Origin: Octopus sinensis
Taxonomy: Eukaryota
DNA length: 64,000 nt
NCBI RefSeq assembly: GCF_006345805.1
Contig: NC_043000.1
Location: forward strand, 103,044,001 to 103,108,000
Reading direction: 5' to 3'
Every line of letters begins with the position of its first letter. Position 1 is the stretch's first letter. A program made the position numbers and the translations under genes. This document shows, piece after piece, positions 36,100-49,284 of the stretch. The notes below the pieces were generated by a model, which saw nothing but the letters and a program-made list of their open reading frames with translations, did not search any database and was not told the origin of the DNA.

Positions 36100-39000
36100 T
36101 GATATTTTTTTTATTTATTTATCTAGTTTCAGCTCACAAGCTGTGGCCATGCTGGGGCACCACCATTTGGTGTTGCTACATGATTTTACTGCACGAATGC
36201 TTTTTAGCAATTGCCATTTGGTGCATGAGAGAGTTCGATGCAGCTGCCCTCATCTGCACCTCATGCCGTGAAGTTGGTTCATCTGGGATACCTGACAAGA
36301 AGAGATCCAGTTTCATTTTAAAGACATCTGCATCCACCCCATGCAGGTCTCTTAGGTTCTTCGGGAGGATATTGAAGAGCTGTGGGCCTCGGAAGCCCAG
36401 GCTATCACAGTATCTCCAAATTTGGAGTCCTTGGAACTATGCAGTGGCGCCCAGTTCTGGCATTTGTGTAACTCTCGATGCCAAAGTTTGGGACAAGTCC
36501 TTCTAGGATCTTCCAGATGTATATTATGGCATATCTTTCTCGCCTACGCTCTAAGGAATAGAGCCTCAATCTCCTGAGTCTTTCCCAATAGCTTATATGC
36601 TACACAGAGGCTATCTTCTTCGTGTAGCTTCGTTGGATCGCCTCAAGTTCTGTGATTAACTTGACACTGGATGGTGACCATAGCTGAGAGCAATAGTCAA
36701 AGTGGCTTAGGACAAGTGTCCTCCAGAGGACCATCATGGTTTCCTGGTCTCTTGTTCTGAAGGTTCTAAGAATACATCCGGTCAGCTGCCTACATTTCAT
36801 TGCCAATTTAGACACATGCACATGAAAGGTTGCATCATCACTCATGTAAATACCCAGGTCTCACACTGATTGTGCCTCTGGGATTTCAGTCCCTCCAGGT
36901 CCAGTCTATTTATTGGGTATTGCATTTAGTTTTGCGTGCTGATAGCATAGAGCTTGAAACTTTTCAGCATTGAACTACATGCTATTCTTTTCAGCCCACT
37001 TATATATTTTGTCCAGCTCACATTGCAGGTGATTAGTGTCTTCGGGGTTCTGTATTGCCTGTGAAACTTTTGTATCATCTGCATAACTTGTGATCGTGGA
37101 TTTCTGCGTGGCTGAGGGCATGTCTGAGAGGGCCATTATGAACAGTAGTGGTACCAAAACAGTGCCCTGCGGAACACCGCTCACTATTTGCGTGTTAGTG
37201 GAAGTGGCCCAATTGGCTACTACCACCTGACTTCTATCCTTCAGAAAGTCATGAAGCCACTCTCCCAATTTTCCAACTATGCCAAGATCACGCAGTTTGT
37301 GACATAGCATTCCATGATCGACTTTATCAAAGGCCTTTGCAAAGTCGAGATATATGACTTCCACATTTGAGTGGTTGAGCAGTCGTTTCAGCACCCAATC
37401 ATAGTGTTGTAGGAGCTGAGTTAAGCAGCTTCTTCCTGGTCGGAAACCATGTTGGGTGTCAGGCAGCAAGTCATTTTCTTCAAGGAAGGTGATTAGTTTC
37501 CTTCTGACTATTCGTTCCATGACCTTGCTGATGTGTGAGGTCAGAGAGATAGGTCTGTAGTTCTTGGCCTCCGCTCTGCTACCTCCTTTATGAATAGGGC
37601 ATATTTTACCTTCCTTCAATTTTCTTGGAAGTTTGCCAGTTGCAAGGAAGCTCTGAAAGAGGAACTGCAGTGGTCTTGCTAGGACTCTCTTACATACTTT
37701 TAGAAGGATTGCTGGGAATCCATCTGGGCCAGTAGCTGAGTTTGTTTTCATTTCATCAATAGCCTTTATTACATCGTCTTCCTTTATATTGATGTAATCA
37801 ATCATTGCCGCCTCCGATTTTATATCTGCAGTGGTAAAGAAGTCAGTTGGATTGCTGACTTGAAAATGCCCTAGGGGTGGAGTGAAAATACACTTGAATT
37901 GCTCATTTAGTATTTCACTTACCCTCAATGGATTTCCTGTGAGTGTGCCATCATTTTCAAGGAGTGGCCCTATCCTACAGTGCACCGTAGCTGTTTCTTT
38001 GGCATACCTGTAGAAAGCTCTGGGGTTAGATTTTATGTTGTCTATAGCCCAGGCTTCTTTGTCTGCTCTTTCTTTTTCATGGGAGAGTTGCAGACATTTT
38101 TCAATTTCCAACAGTTTTATTTTCAGGCGGGACTTTTCACTGCTTTCAATTTGTTTGTTTAGGCGATTTGAAACTTTTGTACGCCGTCTCATTAGAATTT
38201 TCCTCTCTCTGGGGATTTTGTTCTTGTGTACAGTGGCCTTTCTCGCTGGGACACATTTGTAGCATATGGCTTGCATTACAGACATGAATTGTTGAAGTTT
38301 CATGTCGATGTCTGGTGAGGATAGACATTCAGACCGGTTTTGTTTGAGGATCTCTTTCTCAATTTGTTTCCAGTTTGCCTTATGGAAGTTCAAGCTGGAA
38401 AGATTCAGAGAGTTTCTTGTAGGCTGCATGTCCATGCTTTCCTTTGGCCCGTACATGGTCAGCTCTACCATGTTGTGATCCGAGAGTAGTGTCAGTGTCA
38501 CTTTCACATTATGGATAAGATCCATACTATTTATGAAGCAGAGATCCAGTATGTTACCTGCCCTGGTTGGTTGGAGTATTACTTGCTCCATGTACAGAGT
38601 GTTGATGAGGTTCAGGAGGGACCTCGCCAGTGCTCGTTCACATCGTGTCATTCCTGGGAGAGAAAGGCCCTCGGGCCATCTGACATTGGGTAGATTGAAG
38701 TCTCCCATAAGAAGTACACTTATGTGTTATTCTAATGTGACTAGAACTTCTATTTTTATAAGGCAGTCTTCAAACTTGCCTACATGGCTTGGGGCATCTG
38801 GAGGGTCATATGTAGCACATATAACTACACCAAGTTGCCTTATATGTACAATTAGTGTGTCACACACCGAATTTGAGTATGACAAAAGGACCTGGGGTGT
38901 GAGGTCCTCACGGATGTACATAGCAACTCCTCCATGACTCCTTTCTTTTCTGTCGGTCCGTAGTACAACATACTGTGGTATGTGTATTTCCGCATCTGCT

Positions 39001-39318
39001 ATGTCCGGCTTCAGGTGTGTTTCCGTAAGTGCTATGCATAAGGCTTGATTGCATGCAACAAAGTCTCTCAAGAACGGGATTTTTGTCCTGTTACTGAGTG
39101 TTAGCAGTCCTCTGATGTTCAGCAGGAGCATCGAGGTGAGGTGTATGCTGTTGCCGGCGGTGTCCACATTGGGTCTATTTGCTGTGGCGGTCTTGTGTAT
39201 TGTGGATAGTCCCATCTGCGAGTTGAGTTTGATGGAGCCAGGTTAGCGGTGTACAATCGTTGTGCCATGCACAAAAAAGATTCTGGTCAGCAGCTGCCCT
39301 TTCAATAACATGTTGGCA

Positions 39319-39320
<2 letters not shown>
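36100..39320 (-). mobile_element. CR1/L2-group LINE, near-complete APE-RT ORF2 interrupted by a few stops
   Basis: ORF 38727-39215 (LLNIRGL, ALTETHL, HGGVA) is in frame with 36975-38708 (MGDFN, KNYRPISLTS, QHGFRPGRSC, YLDFAKAFD, GVPQG, YADDTK). ORF 36600-36845 has FDYCSQLWSP. The 3' hairpin is at 36126-36164. Confidence 0.95.
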
Positions 39321-39368
<48 letters not shown>

Positions 39369-39419
39369 TGATATTCACGTCCGTGAATTTTGAATTGTGA
39401 ATTCAATTGTGTTGTTGCA

Positions 39420-40380
39420 ATAAAGGTATGTTTACATATTTCGGTAGTCAGGGATAAGCTTAATACAAAATTTTATATATTAAACTTTTAAAGTTTTCTT
39501 GAGATGTTCGTTTGTCTATCCAGTTGGAGAATGCAGTAGTGTTTTTGCAATGAAAGGGATATTTACATTTTCGAATAAGCAGGGAGAAAGGAAAGGATAG
39601 GTATTCACAGAAGTTGTAGATATTAAAGTTTTTTTTTTATTATTTAAACTGATCGTTTATGTGTTCGAAAACTATAGGTATGTAAGTTTCCTAAATTATT
39701 TTGAGGGAGGTTTAAAATATTCACAGGAAATTGTAGATATTCCAGTCTGTGGGAATAGTAGGAGGAAGAGATGTTGAATTTTTTAATTTCTGAAGTTCTT
39801 TTTCTTTTGGAATTTTTCTTTTCTTTTTAAACGTTTTGCTGTGGCTTACAGTTTTTGTAGTTGTGCAGTATGTATATATTGGCAGTTGCTTACCGCTTTA
39901 ATTTTTTGGTTTATTTTTTTCGTGCATTTAATTTTGTTGTTACAGTGAAAGGCATGTTTACATATTCGGGTAGTCAGGAAAAAAGGAAAGATAAAATGTT
40001 CACACAAAATTGGAGATATTAAGGTTTCTACATTTTTTTTTTGGGATGTTCGTTTGTATGTCCGTTCGGAGAAGACTGTAGTGTTTTTGCAATAGAAAGG
40101 ATGTTTACATTTTCGAATACTCAGGGAGAAATGAAAGGAAAGAAAAGGAGGGGTAAATTTTTACAGAGAATTGTAGATATTAAAGTTTTAAAATTTACTG
40201 GAGATGATCTTTTGCCTGTCCGAATAGAGGAAACTGTAATGTTCTTGGAATAAAGAGTTTGTTTACATTTCCGAATAATCAGGGAGAAAGGAAAGGATAG
40301 ATATTCACAGAAGTTGTTGTTATTAAAAGTTTCAAAGTTGATCGTTTATGTGTTCGAAAACTGTAGGTATGTATGTAAGT
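39420..40380. repeat. Degenerate locally repeated array (about five copies of TGTTTACATTTTCGAATA.TCAGGGAGAAAGGAAAGG...GTAGATATTAAAG)
   Basis: The motif recurs near 39425, 39560, 39955, 40100 and 40260. GATCGTTTATGTGTTCGAAAACT occurs at about 39651 and 40340. Confidence 0.75.
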
Positions 40381-40397
40381 GTCTTATCTTATTATTA

Positions 40398-40476
<79 letters not shown>

Positions 40477-40487
40477 TTAATTTTTAT

Positions 40488-40957
40488 TTTTATTGAGTGA
40501 GAGAGCAGTTCATGCCATCAAAGTGACACTGGGGTAAAATATACGAAGCCCAATATACCCATCAGACTACCGTTCTGATAAAGTACACCAGGCACATGCA
40601 TCACAACCATATGTGCGCGACATGGTGATCTCATATCAAGATAAACAGTACATAACCTTGCAGGTGGGGCCCAGTTAGAATTTTCTTCAGTTGAGTAGCC
40701 CATCCCGCTCAAACGGTCCCTGTATAAGGGTTGTTTAAAGATGTTGAAAGAACCACCATGTTTCCAGAGGTGAATTATTCAAACCCCAAATAATCCCTCT
40801 CAACACATGGCTATGATGCTCCCCCACTACTTCTGCTCGTGATCAGAGATGCACATATCGTCAGCACTAAGGACATGCTCACTGGTTAAGGTCAAACAAC
40901 TGACAAGCAAATCTGTGGTATTGAGCAGAATATTTGCTGTAGCCCATCTTTTATACC

Positions 40958-40958
<1 letters not shown>
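40488..40958 (-). mobile_element. Second copy of the (TAA)n-associated repeat, with its 3' end intact
   Basis: Reverse complement of about 21890-22340, plus the 3' end CTTTGATGGCATGAACTGCTCTCTCACTCAATAAA. Flanked by (ATT)n on both sides. Confidence 0.82.
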
Positions 40959-40989
<31 letters not shown>

Positions 40990-40999
40990 TATTATTAAC

Positions 41000-41078
<79 letters not shown>

Positions 41079-42322
41079 CATTTTATGTTTGAGACTGACA
41101 CTAAGAGATCTCTCTCTTGAAAAAGAATTAGATGCATTTTGAAAAACGCGCATACTAATGCTCAAGGTTAATAAATGCTATTATGTGAATACCCTGAACA
41201 ATCTAGATCTTCTGCTCAGATTTAACATCTGACGTGTGTGAATGTGCTAACAATACTTGTGGAAGTGGGAGAATGCGTCATATGTTTAGACTAATAAATT
41301 ATATGGGTTTTTTTGTGTTTGTCGGGCAGGTCGATATGCTAATAAAAAACACGCACTGGCACAGTGACAAAATCTGCTTCAACGCACGAATACAAAATCA
41401 AAATTATTTTCTTGTTTGCGCCTTCAGATCCTATTGGAATCCCAAGGGCACCATCGGGACATTTTGTATGTCTTCAGAATATTAAACCTAATAGAGGCAA
41501 CTCTTTCTCAAATCTAACCCCAACTTATTTTTTCAGCGTGAAGCGGGAGAATGTGATTGAGAAGCACCGACATCAGTAAAGAGATAGCGTTTTATTCATC
41601 GATCCTCGTAAGGACGAAAAGTAAAGTTGACCTCGGCGGGATTTGAACAGAGAGCAAAGAAAGCCAGAATGAATACTACGAGACGCAAGACATTCTAACC
41701 GATGCTCTAACGATCTACCTGCTTAGCACATTGTCTTATGCGTGTCAATATCCTAGCAATAGATAGTATAGTTAATGTTATTGAAATGTGAGAATATTGT
41801 AACAATATTTGTAGTTGAAAGTAGAAAAAAATATGGTGTGTAACAATACCATATGGATAGTTGTAAACACTTTTTTCAAGGTGAACACCTTAGTGCAAAT
41901 CTGTTTATTAAACCTACTGACAAACCTTTAAGTAATACTTATATTATTATAAAGGTTATTTTTTCTCCAATCACGAATATGATATACACGCCTAATTAAC
42001 TAATATAAACTTTGCGTAAACTATTATATAATGAAAATCTATTTATATCAGGGTTATAATACAATTAATCTATTTAATTTACATGTCTATACTCGAAACA
42101 GTTTTAATTATATATAATTATTAAATTCTCTTAGTTCTCTGATATTTATATAGAATTTTGTATCTTCAATAGCCAAAGAATTGTTCAGTCCTTATAGCAA
42201 GAGGTACATGTAGTTCAATTATAACAGGTACCCGCCCCAGTGTAACTCACCATTAGAATATTTTTAGGTTTTCAGTGACAAAACTTCAGCAATATTTGTA
42301 GAGGTTAACAAATGTATGATAA

Positions 42323-42387
<65 letters not shown>

Positions 42388-42391
42388 TATA

Positions 42392-42438
<47 letters not shown>

Positions 42439-42444
42439 TATAGG

Positions 42445-42610
42445 GAGAGTTTACGAAAAAAAAGACGAAGACAGGTGGTGTACAAAACAAACAGATGTAT
42501 TATTATAACGCTCAGGAAAAGAAAAAGTCTTTTACGTTTCGAGCGTACGCTCTTCTACAGAAAAGGACACAGAAAAAACAAGGAGAGAAACAAGGAACGA
42601 AAAAACGTGT
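42445..42610 (-). mobile_element. Family A pseudo-LTR unit with a hammerhead-like motif at 42529-42564
   Basis: UUUU-CUGUAGA-A-GAGC-GUAC-GCUC-GAA-ACGU-A-AAAG. Confidence 0.7.
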
Positions 42611-43681
42611 GTAGTAAATATATATATATATATATATATATAATAACATACGTAGTATGTATGTAATATACATACATAATATATATAATCTTATGAATAT
42701 ACATACATAATATATATAATCTTATGAATATATATATATTATATACGTGCTCATTTATGCATATATTCCTATATACATAATAAACACATACACATACATA
42801 CATACACATTCATATATGCACGTAAATTAACCTTTGTATATCATTTTTTGCTTCTTTCTCTGAGGTCGGGCTGTGGAAGGAAATAAGTGACTTATGTTCA
42901 GCCAAATAGGAAGAATTTTTGACTTACGAACTCAGAATTAAAATTTCTTTACTTGGAGATTTGAAATCTATTTAATGCAAGATTTTGGGAAACAAAGATG
43001 ATGAACACTTTTAAAATAAGAACATAAAAGTACAATTTTAAATCTCAGCGCGAGCGCAAACCAGATATTATGTCTGTTTCAGATAATATTTATTTTGCTT
43101 CGAGAAACTGACATAAAATATTAAGTTACAATATTTAGTATGATAAGGAAGGAGATGTGTAGGCGGAAACAGTAGCACATCGGACTAAATACATGACAAT
43201 ATTAAATTTCGTCCGAGTCTCATTTCCCTGCTTTCGCGGCTAGATGAAGTAACTATCAATAATATACAAAACTTATCCAATCAACTGCTATGAAATGTGC
43301 CTTGTGCTAGTCAAATTGAAATAAAATTGTGATTAAATGTATGGGTTTACGTTGCAAAGTAACTTATGCGTTCCATTATATTTATTTATCTATTTATCAT
43401 TTTTGGGGTATTTCTTCTTCTTGGTTTCGCTCATTACTGTTCTCTGTTGAACTTTGCCAATCGATTCAACAGAGCAATTAATAAAATGTCCGTGAGAGTA
43501 GTCCACAATTGGGCCTCTTTGTAATCGCTTCGATTGCTAGAAATAGAAGTCAAATCACAAATTTTCTTCAAATGAGGCAAAAGCGGTAGCCAAGAAAAGG
43601 ATGCGATATATACGGCTGGAATGCCCGTTGAATCAGAGTTGACCTGGAGCTAAACAACTACTTTATTCACACGCACATGCA

Positions 43682-43762
<81 letters not shown>

Positions 43763-43929
43763 CGTGTTTGTATCTGAGTGTATTTATGTACAGAAGCACA
43801 CATGCTGATGAATGTTGTATCAAAGGTAATGCAAAAGTGGGCATGGTTTATTAACTGACATTGGCTGTTCAGCTTGCACATGTTGTTAGAATAGTTCTTC
43901 CTTTATAGGAAGTTCTGCTTCATTTCATA

Positions 43930-44546
43930 CAAATAATGGGCTTCAGGCAGACGCAACGTGTCGTCGTTAAGTTCTTGACAAAGGAACGAGCTGGCTGTCT
44001 GACATCCACAGAAGGATACAGGTTGTTCAGAGATAACACCATTAACAAGAGCAATGTAGACAAATGGATAAAGTTGTCTAGAGGAGAAACCAACATTGAA
44101 TACAAACCATCCACTGCCACAACAAACACGAACTGCCAGAGAGAGGACGATGGATTCAAACGGACAAACTAGCCACAATTCGCAAGTTTGCTGCTCTATT
44201 GGACTGTGGTCACAATACATTAAAGAGGACGGAAAACGTTGGGTATCGGAAAGTGAATGTAAAGAAAGTACTTCGGCCGTTGACACCCGATTTGAAGGAG
44301 AGACGAGTGAAAGTCTGCTCTGATATTCTTTTACTTGTTTCAGTATTTGACTGCGGCCATGTTGGAGCACTGCCTTTTAGTCGATGTAAGCGATCCTAGA
44401 ACTTATTTTTTTGAAATTCTGGTACTTATTCTAACGGTCTCTTTTGCCAAACCACTGAGTTATGGGGACGTAAACACACCAAAACTGGTTGCCATGCAAT
44501 GGAGGAGGACAACACAGATATGGAAACACACACATAAATATGTATG

Positions 44547-44584
<38 letters not shown>

Positions 44585-44594
44585 CCTGTATATG

Positions 44595-44683
<89 letters not shown>

Positions 44684-45215
44684 GAAAGAAGCCCGTCGTA
44701 TACGACGGGCTTCTTTCAGTTTCCGTCTACCAAATGCACTTACAAGTCTTTGCTCGGCCCGAGGCGATAGTGTAAGACACCTACCCAAGGTGCTACGTTG
44801 TGGGACTGAACCGAGAACCATGTGGTTGGGAAGCAAGCTTCTTAACACACAGCTACGCCAGCGCCTATATACACAGCCACGCCTGCGCCTATATGAAGAC
44901 ACGGTTTTTTGCGATCCGACAGGGAATGAAAGGTGAGCTTATCTTTATTATCCGAAACGAAGGCTCAGCTTATGGAATATTGTCATATCTCTTCTCCAAA
45001 ACCTCTTCTCAAAAGCAAATGATGCCATGATGACTGCTTTGGGGAATGATAAAGGTGTCATTGGCATTAATTTTCTGGATTGTGGCTACACCGTGAACAT
45101 AGAATAGTTACTTGAAACACGCAAAAAGCTCAGAGAAGCTATCAACAGAAAGAGACAGAAAAAGATTCTGAAAATGAAATTCATTCACCATGATAATGCA
45201 CAACTATATACATCC
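43930..45215 (+). mobile_element. Mariner transposase remnant split by a family C SINE (44326-44889)
   Basis: RQTQRVVVKFLTKE...INKSNVDKWIK...GETNI and GYRKV...LTPDLKERRVKVC upstream of the SINE. Downstream: YPETK.Q.MEY.H.SSPK-like, DDKGVIGINFLD-like and FIHHDNA. Confidence 0.85.
44326..44889 (-). mobile_element. Family C SINE with an expanded (TA)n tract and a duplicated 5' end
   Basis: Reverse-complement match to family C. ACACAGCTACGCCAGCGCC is followed by ACACAGCCACGCCTGCGCC. Confidence 0.87.
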
Positions 45216-45517
45216 TTGTGCATGGTTCAGTGGCTAGAGATTCGAGTTCACAATCATGAGGTAGTGAGTTCAATTCTCAGATCGGCGGAGTCTTGTACTC
45301 GAGAGCAAGGCACTTTATCTCACGTTGCTCCAGTTCACTCAGCTGTAGAAATGAGTTGCGATGACACTGGTGCCAAGCTGTATCAGCCTTTGCCTTCCCC
45401 TTGGAAAACATCGGTGGTGTGGAGGAGGTGCTGTTATACAAGGGTGACTGCTGGTCTTCCATAAACAACCTTGCCCGGATTTGTGCATCGGAGGCGAACT
45501 TTCTAGTTGCAATCGCA

Positions 45518-45930
45518 TACTCTTTTACTCTTTTACTTGTTTCAGTCATTTGACTGCGGCCATGCTGGAGCACCGCCTTTAATCGAGCAACTCGACCCGG
45601 GGACTTATTCTTTGTAAGCCCAGTACTTATTCTATCGGTCTCTTTTGCCGAACCGCTAAGTGACGGGGACATAAACACACCAGCATCGGTTGTCAAGCAA
45701 TGCTAGGGGGACAAACACAGACACACAAACACACACGGACATATATATATATATATATACATATATACGACGGGCTTCTTTCAGTTTCCGTCTACCAAAT
45801 CCACTCACAAGACTTTAGTCGGCCCGAGGCAATAGTAGTAGACACTTGCCTAAGGTGCCACGCAGTGGGACTGAACCCTGAACCATGTGGTTGGTAAGCA
45901 AGCTACTTACCACACAGCCACTCCTGCGCC
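45518..45930 (-). mobile_element. Full-length family C SINE
   Basis: Reverse-complement match to 12644-13049. Confidence 0.92.
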
Positions 45931-46403
45931 AGTCAATTTTTTTTATATACATCCTTGGTAACAAATCAAGCAATCGGCAACTTGGACTGAGTATTTGTTC
46001 CTCCATCCACCCTACAACTTTTATATAACATCTTCCGATTTTTAGTGAAGGGCAGTCACGCTGGGAACAACGATTTCATGAATGTTTTCAAAGGGGATTC
46101 TGAAGTTGGGTTCAACGACCGCGCATCGCATGTGATGGAAGCTATGTTGATTTGTATCTTGGTATAGAGGGAAGTGTTAATCTAATCTAACTAAAAGGTA
46201 ATATCTATATTTTCACTCCTTTCATGTCAACACTCATGTGTGCGAGTGTGCCTGTATGTGTGTGTGTGTGTACGTACAGACATCCTGATATATGTATGTG
46301 CATACATATATATATACGTACGTAAGTATGTATGTACGTATGTATGTCTGTATGTATATATGTATGTATATATATATACAGAGAGAGAGAGGGGGGAGGG
46401 AGA

Positions 46404-46449
<46 letters not shown>

Positions 46450-46550
46450 CAAATATTTGTACATATGCCTTGATGGGTATGTATATTTTTATATGTATGA
46501 ATTTCTAAGCGTATATGTATACGTGTGTGTGATTACGTATGTGCGTGTAT

Positions 46551-46606
<56 letters not shown>

Positions 46607-46663
46607 TATATATATACAAAATAAGAAAATGGAGAAATATATCTAAATCATTCATCAACTATC

Positions 46664-46712
<49 letters not shown>

Positions 46713-46967
46713 AACATGCATATATATTGATGGATAGATAAATATGTATATATGTATATTGCAGGTTATTTTTTCGATTACTGGATGAAGCTATTTCACT
46801 TACTGTCGCTTACGCTATTGGCAGGGCAACATTAGTTTTCGTCTTTTTACATATTAAGTCTTTAGGTCTGGTCAAGACTCGAAGACTGCAACAGATCATG
46901 ACGTAAATTTAGAACGTACATATTTACTTACTTAGACACACCTCCCCCACCCATACACACAAACACA

Positions 46968-47007
<40 letters not shown>

Positions 47008-47520
47008 AATCAATTTTAGAAAGCCAATAAACTGCATTTTGAAGTTATGTTTTTTTAGTATCATTGATATTATCCTGTTCGGTGAGACAGATCTTATCCA
47101 AGAAGTAAACGAATTGAAGAAATTTGAAACAAACAGTCCAACTCCTGCTCGAAAACATACTTTAACAACCAAACACCTCCTACCTGATCATTTTCAGGCC
47201 GTTCGTCTCTAAGAAGTAATCTCCTATCGTGTTATCCAACTGTGTGTGTTCTGATATTAACAGCAGCAAAGGGTTATTTTAAATAGACCAACGAACTCGT
47301 TTGTTATTTCAGCAGGCGATTACATTTCTTCTTGTGTGGTGCAAAGCAATCGTTGTAGTATCAATTTTCATCGTTTAATATTTTGGACAATTCGACCAAG
47401 TGTATATATTTAAACTTAAATAATAAGGGTAGAAATTGATATTAATCAATTAAAACCGGTGGCCTAGCATATTTTTTAAAAATCCGAAGATTAAAAATTG
47501 TTTTACATACAAAATTTAGA

Positions 47521-47579
47521 CCAATGCCTTGTGAGTGGATTTGGTAGACGGAAACTGAAAGAAGCCTGTCGTATATATG

Positions 47580-47610
<31 letters not shown>

Positions 47611-47931
47611 TTGTTTGTGTGTCTGTGTTTGTCCCCCTAGCATTGCTTGACAACCGATGCTGGTGTGTTCATGTCCCCGTTACTTAGCGGTTCGGCAAAA
47701 GAGACCGATAGAATAAGTACTGGGCTTACAAAAAGAATAAGTCCCGGGGTCGAGTTGCTCGATTAAAGGCGGTGCTCCAGCATGGCCGCAGTCAAATGAC
47801 TGAAACAAGTAAAAGAGTAAAAGAGTAAAGAGTAAAAGGACTGACCACTAAAAATGGATAGCCTATAGGCTATCCATTTTTAGTGGACAGTCTTCTAAAT
47901 TTTGTATTATATACATACATAGATACATACA

Positions 47932-48008
<77 letters not shown>

Positions 48009-48218
48009 TTGTTTGTGTGTCTGTGTTTGTCCCCCTAGCATTGCTTGACAACCGATGCTGTGTGTTCATGTCCCCGTTACTTAGCGGTTCGGCAAAAGAG
48101 ACCGATAGAATAAGTACTGGGCTTACAAAAAGAATAAGTCCCGGGGTCGAGTTGCTCGATTAAAGGCGGTGCTCCAGCATGGCCGCAGTCAAATGACTGA
48201 AACAAGTAAAAGAGTAAA
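47521..48218 (+). mobile_element. Two near-identical 3' portions of family C SINE separated by a 54-bp palindrome and (TA)n
   Basis: 47600-47830 is repeated at 48000-48218. The palindrome is at 47839-47892. Confidence 0.88.
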
Positions 48219-48227
48219 GCCAGAAAT

Positions 48228-48674
48228 GTGGTCTATAGTATAAGATGTATAGAGGGACGATGCAGTAACAAGACAGTAACATACGTAGGGGAAACAGCAA
48301 GAAGCATTGGTGAGCGGGTGAATGAACATTGGAGACAACTCAAGGAAGGTAAAAGCTCATCGATTCTGTACCAACACGCTGAACAAGAACACGGGGGATC
48401 AATCAATAACATAGAGATTAAGATATTGTCCACACATAGAACAGATGCAACAATTAGACAAATTACAGAAGCTACACATATAATAGAAAATAAACCTAGC
48501 CTGAATAGAAAATTAGAAAGGAGCAATAGCGCACACCACAACATATGACGATAGTGGATCCTGCAAACATAATAAATACACAGATAATTAAAGAAATAGA
48601 AATGAATAACTATATATATGTATATGTGTATGTATATGTGTATATGTGTGTGTATATATGTATATATATATATG

Positions 48675-48733
<59 letters not shown>

Positions 48734-49200
48734 TTTTCAATTAGATTTATTATTATTATTACTAATATTGTTGTTATACATACATACAAGCATATGTAAT
48801 GATAATAATGGGTGGATGTAAACACATGAACAAAATTAGAACAAAAGCAACAACAACAAAAACAAAATACAAATTACAAGAATGTATATAACCAGAAGAT
48901 ACAAATATTACAGGCATCCCCCTCACACACACACTAAATAAACATAGACGCACATAGAGATATAAGCATGCGCAAATGAAGACATACAATAGAAATACAA
49001 AATGGCTGACGGTTAGTAAGGAGAGACACAAGTAAGTGAGAAGAAAACAAAGGACCACTGATGCGGTCACAGGAGTGTGACGAAAGAACTTTGGCCGAAA
49101 TAAGATTAAGATTAATGTAAAAAATAAATATAATAGTGCGTGTGTTTTTATTGGCTAAACTGGCAATATGACCATTCCGAAATATAACAATATCTGTTTC
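48228..49200 (+). mobile_element. Neptune-like PLE 3' end: GIY-YIG C-terminal part plus pseudo-LTR, hammerhead-like motif at 49055-49094
   Basis: VYSIRCIEGRC...YVGETARSIGERVNEH...NKPSLNRK, highly similar to the 8215-9150 copy. Confidence 0.9.
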
Positions 49201-49252
49201 AACACACGACTTCACATAAAAAATCTTGCACAACAAATATTTAAACGTATAT

Positions 49253-49284
<32 letters not shown>

